Shown here one piece after another: positions 27,122 through 35,437 of a stretch of 59,336 nt of DNA. Location of the stretch: IMG/VR virus record IMGVR_UViG_3300023106_000003, positions 1 to 59,336 of that record; one strand, given 5' to 3'. The position numbers and the translations under genes are program-made. The first letter of the stretch is position 1; every line of letters starts with the position of its first letter. The notes below the pieces were generated by a model that was not told where the DNA came from, did not search any database, and saw nothing but the letters and a program-made list of their open reading frames with translations. The DNA comes from a virus (Duplodnaviria > Caudoviricetes).

Positions 27122-27396
27122 TGTGCGCCTCCGCGAAGATCAGCCCATATCGAGTCGCCAGCCATATCAAGCACGCCCTCGGTCAATCCGGCAATGTAGC
27201 GTACGCGCTCTACAACCTCGGCAATCTCGAACTCTCGGCTATTGATGCCTACTGCGAAGCGGATTGACTGGATACCGTTTATCCAGCGGTCCTTACGGAC
27301 GATCTTTCCGTCGCCACGGAATTCGTATTCATCTACATTTGAGTCGCGGAACTCAGGCATGCGCAGGTCACGCTCTGTAACTTCACGGTTCATCAC
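27118..27396 (-). CDS. Hypothetical phage protein
   Basis: VTERDLRMPEFR...YEFRGDGKIVRKDRW; coupled ORF. Confidence 0.65.
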   Translation of the reverse strand: MMNREVTERDLRMPEFRDSNVDEYEFRGDGKIVRKDRWINGIQSIRFAVGINSREFEIAEVVERVRYIAGLTEGVLDMAGDSIWADLRGGAQ

Positions 27397-27605
27397 ACCA
27401 CCCTATCAAGGTATTGGCTGGAGAGTTTATCAATTTCCTCCAGCGACTTATCGGAAAGCGCCGATACGTCGAACTTCTTGCCGGTCAGCGAGTGGTAGCG
27501 CTCAACGATGCGCTGGTCCGCTGGCTTGAGCGACTGTATGTTGACGCACAGGGCGGCTAGCTGCTGGCTGCGTAGGCTGTGCAGCAGGGTATTGGCGGTG
27601 GTCAT
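27393..27605 (-). CDS. Hypothetical protein
   Basis: Coupled ORF. Confidence 0.5.
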   Translation of the reverse strand: MTTANTLLHSLRSQQLAALCVNIQSLKPADQRIVERYHSLTGKKFDVSALSDKSLEEIDKLSSQYLDRVV

Positions 27606-27865
27606 GGCTTATACCCACGGCGGCGCTTACAACGCCGAGAGCAGCCACGCGTGAGATAATCCAGGCATTCGACTACTGTCGCCATGCCACCTCTATCGCC
27701 ACGCAAGTAAAATTCCCAACCAGCGTCAAAAAGCTTCTTCCTCTTATCTGGATTAACGCGCCGCGTCCTCGCCCTTGAATCTGCATCAAACACGCCACGA
27801 AATACAGCAAAGTTATCAGCCTTCTTTTTTGGCATAAAGCCAATAAGCCATTTAATTATATTCAT
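27602..27865 (-). CDS. Hypothetical protein
   Basis: Start taken at MNIIKW (ATGA overlap); AT-rich. Confidence 0.5.
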   Translation of the reverse strand: MNIIKWLIGFMPKKKADNFAVFRGVFDADSRARTRRVNPDKRKKLFDAGWEFYLRGDRGGMATVVECLDYLTRGCSRRCKRRRGYKP

Positions 27866-28086
27866 GGCATCACCCGTTTCCACCATTCCATAAGTTCCTT
27901 CTGGTCATAGTAGACCTTTATGCCGATTCGCCCATTTCCTCCGCTAACGCATGGCTTAGGCGGGTTGAGCGCTTCGTTTTTTGTTAAACCGATCATCTTA
28001 TTCACACTCAACCCCTTCATTGCCGCAAACTCTGTCATCGTCATTTTAGGGCCACCTCCAGTCCTTTCCCAAGTCGGCCATTTCAT
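27862..28086 (-). CDS. Small excisionase/AlpA-like DNA-binding protein
   Basis: MTMTEFAAMKGLS...PPKP...YYDQKELMEWW resembles the Xis/AlpA wHTH pattern. Confidence 0.5.
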   Translation of the reverse strand: MKWPTWERTGGGPKMTMTEFAAMKGLSVNKMIGLTKNEALNPPKPCVSGGNGRIGIKVYYDQKELMEWWKRVMP

Positions 28087-28430
28087 GGCATCTGCTCCCC
28101 TATGGCTGCGGCAGCACGAACGATGGCACGGCGATAGTCACACTCATTTTCCGAAGCGCAAAAACTAGGACCGTCAACATCGCTTCGATATGCCTCTACC
28201 GTTGGGTCCGCGCCCAGCTGCGTAACCTGCCATTCAATGTCTATTTTCAAAGCCGCAGCAAGCCGCAACGCATCACCATCGTCATTAAATGGATACCATA
28301 TGGCATCGCGTCCGCCTCGCCCAACGATCCACATTGCGCGGCTACCAGGGATATACGAATCCACTTCATCGGCCAACTTGATGCCTGCCGCTTTGGCCGC
28401 AAGCGTCAGCAATTCCTTATCGGTCTTCAT
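28083..28430 (-). CDS. Conserved phage protein (paralog of 38913-39332)
   Basis: MKTDKELLTLAAKAAG...W.P..DDGDALRLAAAL...RRAIVRAAAAIG. Confidence 0.7.
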   Translation of the reverse strand: MKTDKELLTLAAKAAGIKLADEVDSYIPGSRAMWIVGRGGRDAIWYPFNDDGDALRLAAALKIDIEWQVTQLGADPTVEAYRSDVDGPSFCASENECDYRRAIVRAAAAIGEQMP

Positions 28431-28593
28431 GCCGACCCTTTCCTGTTCCACCGCATGCGCCACACTTTGGCGAGCCGTTGGTGTCATAGTGGCCGCTGCC
28501 GTTGCAAGCGTAGCACTTCCGCTCCTTCGGCTTCGATTCCGCAAGCTGCTTGCCCAGCGCAATAGCGGCGCGCATTTTCTTGTTGGGTTTCAT
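28417..28593 (-). CDS. 58-aa protein with DnaJ-type zinc finger (not in ORF track)
   Basis: MKPNKKMRAAIALGKQLAESKPKERKCYACNGSGHYDTNGSPKCGACGGTGKGRHEDR, with two CxxCxGxG repeats. Confidence 0.65.
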   Translation of the reverse strand: MKPNKKMRAAIALGKQLAESKPKERKCYACNGSGHYDTNGSPKCGACGGTGKGRHEDR

Positions 28594-28952
28594 GGCCGAC
28601 TCTTCAGTGCTGCGCGGTCATCTGCTGCAAGCTTCGCGAAATACTCGTCCATGCTTTCGCCGGGAGGCGTCGGGTTGCGATAATCTTTGAGCGGCCGAGT
28701 CAGGCTGTCCATGCTGGCAAATACGCTTGGCTCGCGCATGCCTTCGACCAGGTTCGCGGCGTTGCTCGGATCAACGTCGAAGCGCGGCGGCACCGGGCCG
28801 GCCAGGTTTTCATCGTGGTAGTCCAGCGTGTCGACGCGCCGGCAGTACGACACAAACCAGCATGCCAACAGGATCAGCGCAACGCAGACGAGGAACAGCG
28901 TCCACAGGTCGCGCAAGCCTTCGGGTGTGAGGAAGCGTTCAGCGAAGCTCAT
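28590..28952 (-). CDS. Single-TM membrane protein
   Basis: LWTLFLVCVALILLACWFVSYC; RBS aggag. Confidence 0.6.
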   Translation of the reverse strand: MSFAERFLTPEGLRDLWTLFLVCVALILLACWFVSYCRRVDTLDYHDENLAGPVPPRFDVDPSNAANLVEGMREPSVFASMDSLTRPLKDYRNPTPPGESMDEYFAKLAADDRAALKSRP

Positions 28953-28971
28953 GTGATTCTCCTAGTAGCGG

Positions 28972-29193
28972 TCAAGCGCCAGAACGACGGCGCGCTTTCT
29001 TGGTTAATTTCAGGAACTTTTCCCATGCCTCTGGTGACATCGTCCCATCTTTTTCCCACGTATTCCAAGTCTTCGGCGTCTTGCTATCGGGCCGAAGCAC
29101 GCGGATAGCCTGGAGCTGCGTGAGGCCGGCTGACTGGCGCGCGGCTTTGATCTGCGCGGCGAATATCTGCTTGTCGTCAATTCGTTCAGGCAT
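28972..29193 (-). CDS. XRE/Cro-like HTH regulator
   Basis: QIKAARQSAGLTQLQA...TWNTWEKDG. Confidence 0.7.
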   Translation of the reverse strand: MPERIDDKQIFAAQIKAARQSAGLTQLQAIRVLRPDSKTPKTWNTWEKDGTMSPEAWEKFLKLTKKARRRSGA

Positions 29194-29380
29194 GGCCGAA
29201 CTCCGTAAAGTCGCCATTTAAAACCTTGACGACTTCATATTGATTCCGCTGCGCTTTTGCATTCAATTGTTTGCACTCACATTCAGCATCCTTTTTATTT
29301 GAAAAGACTTGATGTGGAACCCAAGGATTAATACCCCAAGCGCTTGCGCAACTTTTTTGTATCAAATACAGATATTTCAT
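29186..29380 (-). CDS. Hypothetical protein
   Basis: MKYLYLIQKS start with RBS ggagggg; AT-rich. Confidence 0.5.
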   Translation of the reverse strand: MKYLYLIQKSCASAWGINPWVPHQVFSNKKDAECECKQLNAKAQRNQYEVVKVLNGDFTEFGHA

Positions 29381-29563
29381 TTCCCCTCCACCCAATTATT
29401 TGTCGTATTCGCATCGCAATCCCGCGCTGCCAATAAACAACATAGTACGCCACATCAGCGCATCACACAAGCAATATCGCACGCTATTTCAGCGTGTTGC
29501 ATCCCCGTCACGCCAGCCGCTTCACCTCCGTGCGACCGCTGGCGATCTGCTTGGCATTCTCGA

Positions 29564-30928
29564 CTACGAAAAGCCGCGTCGTTGCTTTTGCGGCGCCGGG
29601 TCGCGCTCCGATGCCTTTCGTTCCCATCGATGAGGCCAATCCTCAAACGAAGTGTATGCACCGTTGTATTTCATGCCGACAGTTCCCGGCGTTCCCTGAC
29701 GTTGCTTCGCTGCGATCACCTCGGCAAGCTCTTTCTCTTGGGTATCCGCGTTGTACAGCACGTCTCGGTACAGAAAGATGATGTTCGCCGCGTCCTGCTC
29801 AATCGACCCCGAAGCCGCTAGGTCCGACATAATCGGCCGCTTGTCCGCGCGCTCGTCGCACTTGCGATTGAGCTGGGCCAGCAGCACGATGGCGATGTCT
29901 AGGTTCTTTGCCACCTCGATCATGCCGCGCGTGTACTTGCCGATGTTCTGCCATTCCTGCTCGCTGTCGCCGCCTGTGATGAAGCTCAGTTGGTCGACAA
30001 CAAGTAAGTCCAGCCCGCTTTTGCGCTTGATCTTACGGGCCTTGGCGCGCAGTTCAAGCATGTTCATGCCAGCCTGTTCATCGATCCACATTTGCATGGT
30101 GGCCGCCTTCTGTGTGGCGTAGCTCAGTTGATTCCAGTAGGGGCTATCACGATCGTCCTCGCTAGGAGCGCGAAGCCATGCCAGCGGGATCTTTCCGATC
30201 GCCGCCATGTTCCGGTCGTTCAACTGGGCCGCAGCCATTTCCATGGAAAAGATAGCGGAGAAGCCGCCAGCAATTGCCACGTTGCGAGCGATGCCCAGCC
30301 CGAACGCCGTCTTACCAGTTCCCGGCCGGCCAGCTATCACGGTCAAAGTTCCTCGCTCAAGCCCACCACCCATCAACTCATCCAAATGGACGAACCCGGT
30401 AGCGATCGGTTTATGAAGTCCAGCCATGCGGTTTTGGATCATAGTCAAGTAATCGACCATCGTGTCACCAATCAGCTTGGGTTCAAACTGCGTCTTGCGT
30501 TGCGCCAGCGCTTCCAGCTTGGAAGCCACCAGATCGACGCAGGACGAAGAATCCGAGTGCGATGCTGCCAGTTCCTGTGCTTCCAGTCCAATCGCCAGGA
30601 GCGCGCGTTTAGACGCCTTGTCGATGACAATCTCGGCGTGGTGTTTGATGTTCGCTGAACTGGCCGCCGACATGCGCAAGGTAGCCATGTATTTCAGACC
30701 ATCTTCGATCTTGTCGTTCAGCACGGCAAACAGGGTCATGGGATCGGCACGGCGGCCAGCCGCAACCTGGCGCTGAAGTTCAGCAAAGATCAGCCGGTGG
30801 TCCTGCCGGAAGAAGTGCGTAGTCTCCAAGTCGGCGCAGCGGTCGAGTGCGTCGTTGTCCACCAGTAGGGCGCCAAGAACGGCTTGCTCTGCACGGATTG
30901 ATACGGTGTGGTCTTCATGCTCCATCAT
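29564..30928 (-). CDS. dnaB: Replicative DnaB-like helicase
   Basis: AEQAVLGALL, Walker A AGRPGTGKT, FSMEM, LLVVDQL, LAQLNR, SDLAASGSIEQDA. Confidence 0.95.
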   Translation of the reverse strand: MMEHEDHTVSIRAEQAVLGALLVDNDALDRCADLETTHFFRQDHRLIFAELQRQVAAGRRADPMTLFAVLNDKIEDGLKYMATLRMSAASSANIKHHAEIVIDKASKRALLAIGLEAQELAASHSDSSSCVDLVASKLEALAQRKTQFEPKLIGDTMVDYLTMIQNRMAGLHKPIATGFVHLDELMGGGLERGTLTVIAGRPGTGKTAFGLGIARNVAIAGGFSAIFSMEMAAAQLNDRNMAAIGKIPLAWLRAPSEDDRDSPYWNQLSYATQKAATMQMWIDEQAGMNMLELRAKARKIKRKSGLDLLVVDQLSFITGGDSEQEWQNIGKYTRGMIEVAKNLDIAIVLLAQLNRKCDERADKRPIMSDLAASGSIEQDAANIIFLYRDVLYNADTQEKELAEVIAAKQRQGTPGTVGMKYNGAYTSFEDWPHRWERKASERDPAPQKQRRGFS

Positions 30929-31718
30929 TTTTCCTGTTCAATTCAATTTCCAGCATCTTCCCGGAGGTGGTCAACAAAAACTCGCCACCCTTGGAATACC
31001 AAATACCCGCCCAATTTTTACGCACCGCGTTAGCAAAATGCTGGGGCCAAGACTTGTACTTTTTGCCGCCATACTCGATTGAAGAATATTTTCGCTTGAA
31101 CTCGACCCAAGCAAACCTGACAAACTCCAACGGCAACCCGACATCCTCGGCGTAAGCAAAAACAGGATCGTCTTCAGGAATAGGATCGGCACCAGCCGCC
31201 TTGCATCCTTCAAGCCAATTTTTAAAATTCGTTTGCTCGCGAGGGGCTTTCTTTTGGATGTCTTTTGTAGGGTTGTCTTTTGTGGTTACCGATTCAGTAA
31301 CCCCAGCTTTACCAATTCGGTAACCCTCTTTTACCGATTCGGTAACGGTTACCGATTCAGTAACCGTTACCAGTTCAGTAACCCTTGGAACCGCCCTTCT
31401 TTCCACTCCAGTCCATTGCGCATGGTCTTTGTTAATGCCCATAATATGGCCGAACTTACCTTGCTTGCGGCTGATAATTTTCCGTTCCTCCAACTCGCGA
31501 ACAGTCACACTTACGTGAGACTTAGCAAGCCCTGTCAGGTCGGATAATTGGGACAGTCCAATGTCGTCTGTCTTTTTGTTGTAGCCGTATGTTTTGCGCG
31601 CAAGGGCCATTACCACGCACCACTGGCGACTTGATAGCCGAGCCAATAGCAGTTCCTCTATTAGCTCGTTAGCAAGGCGCGTGAAGCCATCTTCCAATTG
31701 TGGCGAGGCGGCTATCAT
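30915..31718 (-). CDS. Lambda O-like replication initiator
   Basis: LEDGFTRLANELIE...RKTYGYNKKTDDIGLSQLSDLTG (Phage_rep_O-like N-terminus), internal iterons, upstream of dnaB. Confidence 0.9.
   Translation of the reverse strand: MIAASPQLEDGFTRLANELIEELLLARLSSRQWCVVMALARKTYGYNKKTDDIGLSQLSDLTGLAKSHVSVTVRELEERKIISRKQGKFGHIMGINKDHAQWTGVERRAVPRVTELVTVTESVTVTESVKEGYRIGKAGVTESVTTKDNPTKDIQKKAPREQTNFKNWLEGCKAAGADPIPEDDPVFAYAEDVGLPLEFVRFAWVEFKRKYSSIEYGGKKYKSWPQHFANAVRKNWAGIWYSKGGEFLLTTSGKMLEIELNRKNDGA
31285..31382. repeat. Replication origin: five quasi-palindromic iterons (G)TTACCrrTTCrGTAAC
   Basis: Copies at 31285, 31309, 31331, 31348 and 31366 inside the initiator gene, next to T-rich DNA, as in the lambda ori. 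Confidence 0.85.
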
Positions 31719-31855
31719 TACTTAGGCTGCTTGAGGTATTCTTTGAGGTTTGCCAGGATAAGGCGGGCATACCAGTTCTTCATGACGGGGTCGTCTTGCT
31801 TGATGAGACTTTCCGATAATGCCAAGGCTTCTTTGATGTGGTCTTCTGGAGACAT
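31718..31855 (-). CDS. 45-aa protein coupled to the initiator (not in ORF track)
   Basis: MSPEDHIKEALALSESLIKQDDPVMKNWYARLILANLKEYLKQPK; RBS aaagga; TAATG overlap. Confidence 0.55.
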   Translation of the reverse strand: MSPEDHIKEALALSESLIKQDDPVMKNWYARLILANLKEYLKQPK

Positions 31856-31859
31856 TGCT

Positions 31860-31989
31860 AATCCTTTAGGCTGCACGTTGAATCGGGTCGCATTCCCTAG
31901 ACAAGACGGCGAGCGCCATTGATTGGGTCCGAAAAAACGTGCAGTCTGAAAGATTCATTTTTGAAATACTTGTCTAAATAGGCCGCGAC
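31860..31989 (-). ncRNA. C4-like regulatory RNA element upstream of the replication genes
   Basis: ~20-bp stem 31860-31879/31936-31955. Internal TAGACAAG and GTCGC are complementary to CTTGTCTA (31969-31976) and GCGAC (31985-31989). -10 TACAAT at 32003-32008. Confidence 0.5.
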
Positions 31990-32080
31990 AGCCTGAGCAG
32001 TAATTGTAAATCAGAACGCCGTTGCTGGGAATATATTTTTCCAAATTCCAATGACTCGCGGAAAAACGACATTCCCCGAG

Positions 32081-32422
32081 TCAGTAGTATTGCTTGCTCG
32101 CCTGAATCAGCAGAGGCGCAAACAGCGTCTTGATGCGCGCTTTCCTCGCTACCTTGCGCTCTTGCCGCAAGTCGTCGCGCTCCTTCTGCGTGAGCGGTTG
32201 CAGCTTACAAGCGCGATCCTTACCTGCCCCAGCAGAGAGGCGCTGCACGAATGCCCCCGTGTTGTTGCGCTTCTCCCGCCGCCAGCCTGAGACATGGCAC
32301 CAGCGGGCCGCATGCAGCTTCTCGACGGCGTTCTGCACGGAACCCTTGGTTAGCCCTGTCCTGGCGATTATCTCGGCTCTGGTGGCTGGCATAGCGGATA
32401 GAACTGCGTCTATGCGGTCCAT
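32081..32422 (-). CDS. HTH DNA-binding protein
   Basis: PATRAEIIARTGLTKGSVQNAVEKLH; RBS aaggag. Confidence 0.6.
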   Translation of the reverse strand: MDRIDAVLSAMPATRAEIIARTGLTKGSVQNAVEKLHAARWCHVSGWRREKRNNTGAFVQRLSAGAGKDRACKLQPLTQKERDDLRQERKVARKARIKTLFAPLLIQASKQYY

Positions 32423-32475
32423 GTGATATTCTCCTTTTCGACTAGCGCAATTTCGCCACAAAGCGGGGATTCGCG

Positions 32476-32706
32476 CTAGGACAGAAACTTGTCGGTGGCG
32501 CGACGCAGCAACAGAGTGGACAGTACGACGGACTCAGAGTGGCTAGACGGGAAGTGCAGCTCATACTCCCCATCACGCACTACGATGACGGCGGCAGAGC
32601 CGATCTGACCAGCGTCAGCCGCGTCTGCTAACTCGCGCAGGATCGCACCAAAGCCTGGCGCGAGGTCGATGCTTGGCTTGCCGAATTCAGCGTGTACAAT
32701 TTTCAT
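32476..32706 (-). CDS. Hypothetical protein
   Basis: RBS aaaggg; LRELADAADAG motif. Confidence 0.55.
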   Translation of the reverse strand: MKIVHAEFGKPSIDLAPGFGAILRELADAADAGQIGSAAVIVVRDGEYELHFPSSHSESVVLSTLLLRRATDKFLS

Positions 32707-32733
32707 ATTTCCCTTTCGGTGGTTGATGGTGCA

Positions 32734-33204
32734 CTAGAGCAGCGAGGCCGCAGCAAGTTCGGCAGCTTGCCGCTTCTCAGCTTCTGCCAAGATGATCTTC
32801 CATTGCGGGACCGTCATGCGCTCTTTGACAACATCGGCAATGAATCTGCTGAGGTCTGTGTTCCTTGGTATATCAGTGCGGATTGAGCCGACAATCACCT
32901 CCTGCTCCTTGATTATTTCCTTTAACTTCTCTTTCAGTGCGCGGCGCTCAGAACCCAGTTGCATTTTCTGTGAATGTGATAGAGTTTCATCACGCAGAGT
33001 CACATTAAAAGCTCTGATACGTTCTTCCATGGCCAAGCGTGCAGCCAACAGACTTCCGCGAGACTGCTCTGGCGAAAGCAACGCATTAGGGTTGATGCTG
33101 CCTTCGCCAAGCAGCCCAAAACCCTTTGCCGATGGCTTAGTCGAGTGGTTGCCGGTGCGAGTCATGAACTGCTCGCTGCTTTGCGTGCCTTTGGAGCCAA
33201 TCAT
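32734..33204 (-). CDS. Hypothetical coiled-coil protein
   Basis: Coupled ORF. Confidence 0.55.
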   Translation of the reverse strand: MIGSKGTQSSEQFMTRTGNHSTKPSAKGFGLLGEGSINPNALLSPEQSRGSLLAARLAMEERIRAFNVTLRDETLSHSQKMQLGSERRALKEKLKEIIKEQEVIVGSIRTDIPRNTDLSRFIADVVKERMTVPQWKIILAEAEKRQAAELAAASLL

Positions 33205-33389
33205 GATTCATCATCCGGCATAGCCGCTAAAGCCGCCCGCTGAGAGCTAATCTTTAGCGCTGTCATAGCCTGAACATGGCGGCACTCAGTAAGCGCAGCT
33301 TCGGCCTTGTCTATGTTCTCGTTGATCTGGTTCAGCGCGTTCTCAAGCTCGTTTAGGCGCTTGGCGGCTAGGTATTTGGCGGGGTTCAT
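33201..33389 (-). CDS. Small coiled-coil protein
   Basis: MNPAKYL start with ATGA overlap to ninG. Confidence 0.5.
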   Translation of the reverse strand: MNPAKYLAAKRLNELENALNQINENIDKAEAALTECRHVQAMTALKISSQRAALAAMPDDES

Positions 33390-34048
33390 TTTTTCAATTC
33401 CTTTAGCTTCGTTTTGTAGTAGGCTTCGATTTCCTCGCATGCCGCCCTGGTCATCTTCACCGTGTCATGCCAGCCTTCCAGCCACTCAACCTTTTCAAGG
33501 CCGATCTTTTCGATCAGACCTATGCGGTAATTAGTGGCGTTGGACGCTTCGAACATGTTGCATTGGATGCATTGTTTATTTATGTTAAATTCATTAAATC
33601 TCAAAGTTGCGTTTGCCCCGACTGCGATGTAGTGACCCGCTTGCCATGCGCTTGAGTAGGTCACGCCGCACGATATGCAGATATCAGGATCGCGAGCACG
33701 GATATAGGCGTTGCAGGCCCGCTCCGTCTTCTTGAGCCAATAAGGCAGCGGCTTGTACTGCTCGGCTTTTTCTTTGTCAGCCTTGCGCTCGGCGCTTTTC
33801 TTTGCCCTGTCATCCTTGGCGATGGCTGCTTTCTGCTTAGCCAACTTCTCCATCGCAAGGGAGTGCGCGCAATCATCGCTGCACCAGCGGATAAAAGGAC
33901 GGTCCGGGAAGAACGGATTGCGGCATGTTCGAACAGCGCATTTGCGCTGGCGCGGCCCCTTCGGCGGCTTCGGTTCTGGCGCCGGCTTGACGCTGGCCGG
34001 CTTACGGGCGATCGGTGCGGTACGGGGTAGGAAACCTGATCGTTTCAT
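33386..34048 (-). CDS. ninG: NinG/Rap recombination endonuclease
   Basis: C..C...WCS..CA, NAYIRARD..CISCG, AGHY, LRFNEFNINKQCIQCN, YRIGLIEKIG. Confidence 0.9.
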   Translation of the reverse strand: MKRSGFLPRTAPIARKPASVKPAPEPKPPKGPRQRKCAVRTCRNPFFPDRPFIRWCSDDCAHSLAMEKLAKQKAAIAKDDRAKKSAERKADKEKAEQYKPLPYWLKKTERACNAYIRARDPDICISCGVTYSSAWQAGHYIAVGANATLRFNEFNINKQCIQCNMFEASNATNYRIGLIEKIGLEKVEWLEGWHDTVKMTRAACEEIEAYYKTKLKELKK

Positions 34049-34785
34049 TTGCTTAGAATTCTCCATGCTGCTTCCGCCACTCGTGGAACCTGGCCGTTGC
34101 CAAGGGCTTTAATTCTGTCCACCCCTCGGGCCACCCCATAAGCCACTCTAGGTATTGGGGGTTCAGCGGGCCATGCTCGCCGTAAGATCGCGGCTCCCTC
34201 TGCTTCCCCTTGTCCGAACCCCGCATATGGTGGGCCTTGGTATTTGACGCGGTTGGAGTCGGCACGAATCCATATTCTTTCGCGCTCATGCGGTGCACCT
34301 GCGTGACAAGCTCCGACGACACCCCATTTCGCATCAAACCCCATTTCGGCCAAGTTCCCGAGTACTCGGCCGAGTCCTCGACTAGTAAGTTTTGGACTGT
34401 TTTCCACATAGACGTGACATGGTTGTACGTCGCAAATGATCCTAGCCATCTCATTCCATAGCCCGCTGCAGCTTCCATCAAGCCCACGTCCAGATCCTGC
34501 GATGCTGATATCCTGGCAGGGAAACCCGCCAGAAACCACGTCAACAAGTCCTCGCCAAGGCTTTCCGTCAAAAGTACACACGTCATCCCAAATCGGGAAA
34601 GGCGCGAGTGTTCCGTCGTTTTGTCGGGCCAATAGTACTGATCGGGCGTAGGCGTTGTACTCGACGGCACAGACTGTTCGCCATCCAAGCAAGTGACCAC
34701 CAAGGATTCCGCCACCAGCTCCTGCGAACAGCGCGAGTTCTCGTAGTCCTTCATCATTGCGTTGCTGATTGACCAAGCCATTCAT
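34045..34785 (-). CDS. DNA cytosine-C5 methyltransferase, alpha polypeptide (motifs I-VIII and X)
   Basis: LFAGAGG, GGFPCQDIS, VENS, PHERERIW, RIKALGNGQVP. Short, with no in-frame TRD or motif IX. Confidence 0.9.
   Translation of the reverse strand: MNGLVNQQRNDEGLRELALFAGAGGGILGGHLLGWRTVCAVEYNAYARSVLLARQNDGTLAPFPIWDDVCTFDGKPWRGLVDVVSGGFPCQDISIAGSGRGLDGSCSGLWNEMARIICDVQPCHVYVENSPKLTSRGLGRVLGNLAEMGFDAKWGVVGACHAGAPHERERIWIRADSNRVKYQGPPYAGFGQGEAEGAAILRRAWPAEPPIPRVAYGVARGVDRIKALGNGQVPRVAEAAWRILSK
34053..34781 (-). CDS. Alternative-frame beta polypeptide of the methyltransferase (TRD/motif IX-like); true start uncertain
   Basis: Fully nested 242-codon open frame with PTPTAS and LNPQYLEWLMGWPEGWT. 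Confidence 0.65.
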   Translation of the reverse strand: MAWSISNAMMKDYENSRCSQELVAESLVVTCLDGEQSVPSSTTPTPDQYYWPDKTTEHSRLSRFGMTCVLLTESLGEDLLTWFLAGFPARISASQDLDVGLMEAAAGYGMRWLGSFATYNHVTSMWKTVQNLLVEDSAEYSGTWPKWGLMRNGVSSELVTQVHRMSAKEYGFVPTPTASNTKAHHMRGSDKGKQREPRSYGEHGPLNPQYLEWLMGWPEGWTELKPLATARFHEWRKQHGEF

Positions 34786-35198
34786 GCCTCCACCTGGCGA
34801 GTAAAGAACGCCATCGGCAGATCCGCATACGGCGCCATGCCGAGCTGCTTGGCCTTGACGATCTTGCGCTTGATGACCGGATCTTTGCGCATGAAGTCTG
34901 CGCAGTCGCGCTTGAATTCGGCCAGCGGCTCCTTGTTCGGGCCGACGCGCCAGATGTTGGTTTTGTGTCCGACGCTGATTTGCTCCATTTCGACATGGCC
35001 TGTCGCCTGCATGCTGCGCAGCCAGTGGAACATAACGGCGCGCTGGTAGCCGAGCGCCGCGATGATGGCATCGGTAGCGGCTGGACCTTGGCGGCCCAGG
35101 TAAGCGAGGATCGTCTGCCGTCTTGCCAAGCTGTCGGCCTTGATCTGCGCGCGAGTCTTGCCGGCGGTGGTGCTGAATTTCTTTGGCTGAGCTTTCAT
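34782..35198 (-). CDS. Winged-HTH protein
   Basis: RRQTILAYLGRQGPAATDAIIAALG...WLRSM. Confidence 0.6.
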   Translation of the reverse strand: MKAQPKKFSTTAGKTRAQIKADSLARRQTILAYLGRQGPAATDAIIAALGYQRAVMFHWLRSMQATGHVEMEQISVGHKTNIWRVGPNKEPLAEFKRDCADFMRKDPVIKRKIVKAKQLGMAPYADLPMAFFTRQVEA

Positions 35199-35200
35199 GA

Positions 35201-35437
35201 TTAATCCTTAGGGTAGCGAAGATGAAAAGTCAGGCAATGCACGGCAGCGTCAAGTCCGCGCTCGTCTACCTGTACCGCCAGCGACATCAGAAGCTGGATC
35301 TTCTTGTTAGCCATCACGGCTTGGCCCGCAGCGTGCCGCGCTTCGGCTGCATAGACCGCTTGACGCTCGTCGTACTCGCGCTGGTTCTGCTCGCTGACGG
35401 CGCGCACGCTGTCAATGGTGGACTGACTGATTTTCAT
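35201..35437 (-). CDS. Hypothetical protein
   Basis: Coupled ORF. Confidence 0.55.
   Translation of the reverse strand: MKISQSTIDSVRAVSEQNQREYDERQAVYAAEARHAAGQAVMANKKIQLLMSLAVQVDERGLDAAVHCLTFHLRYPKD

Noticed and set aside
31285-31382. CRISPR-like mini-array
   Set aside because: Spacers are only 1-7 nt and the repeats lie inside the initiator gene, so they are iterons. No cas genes are present.
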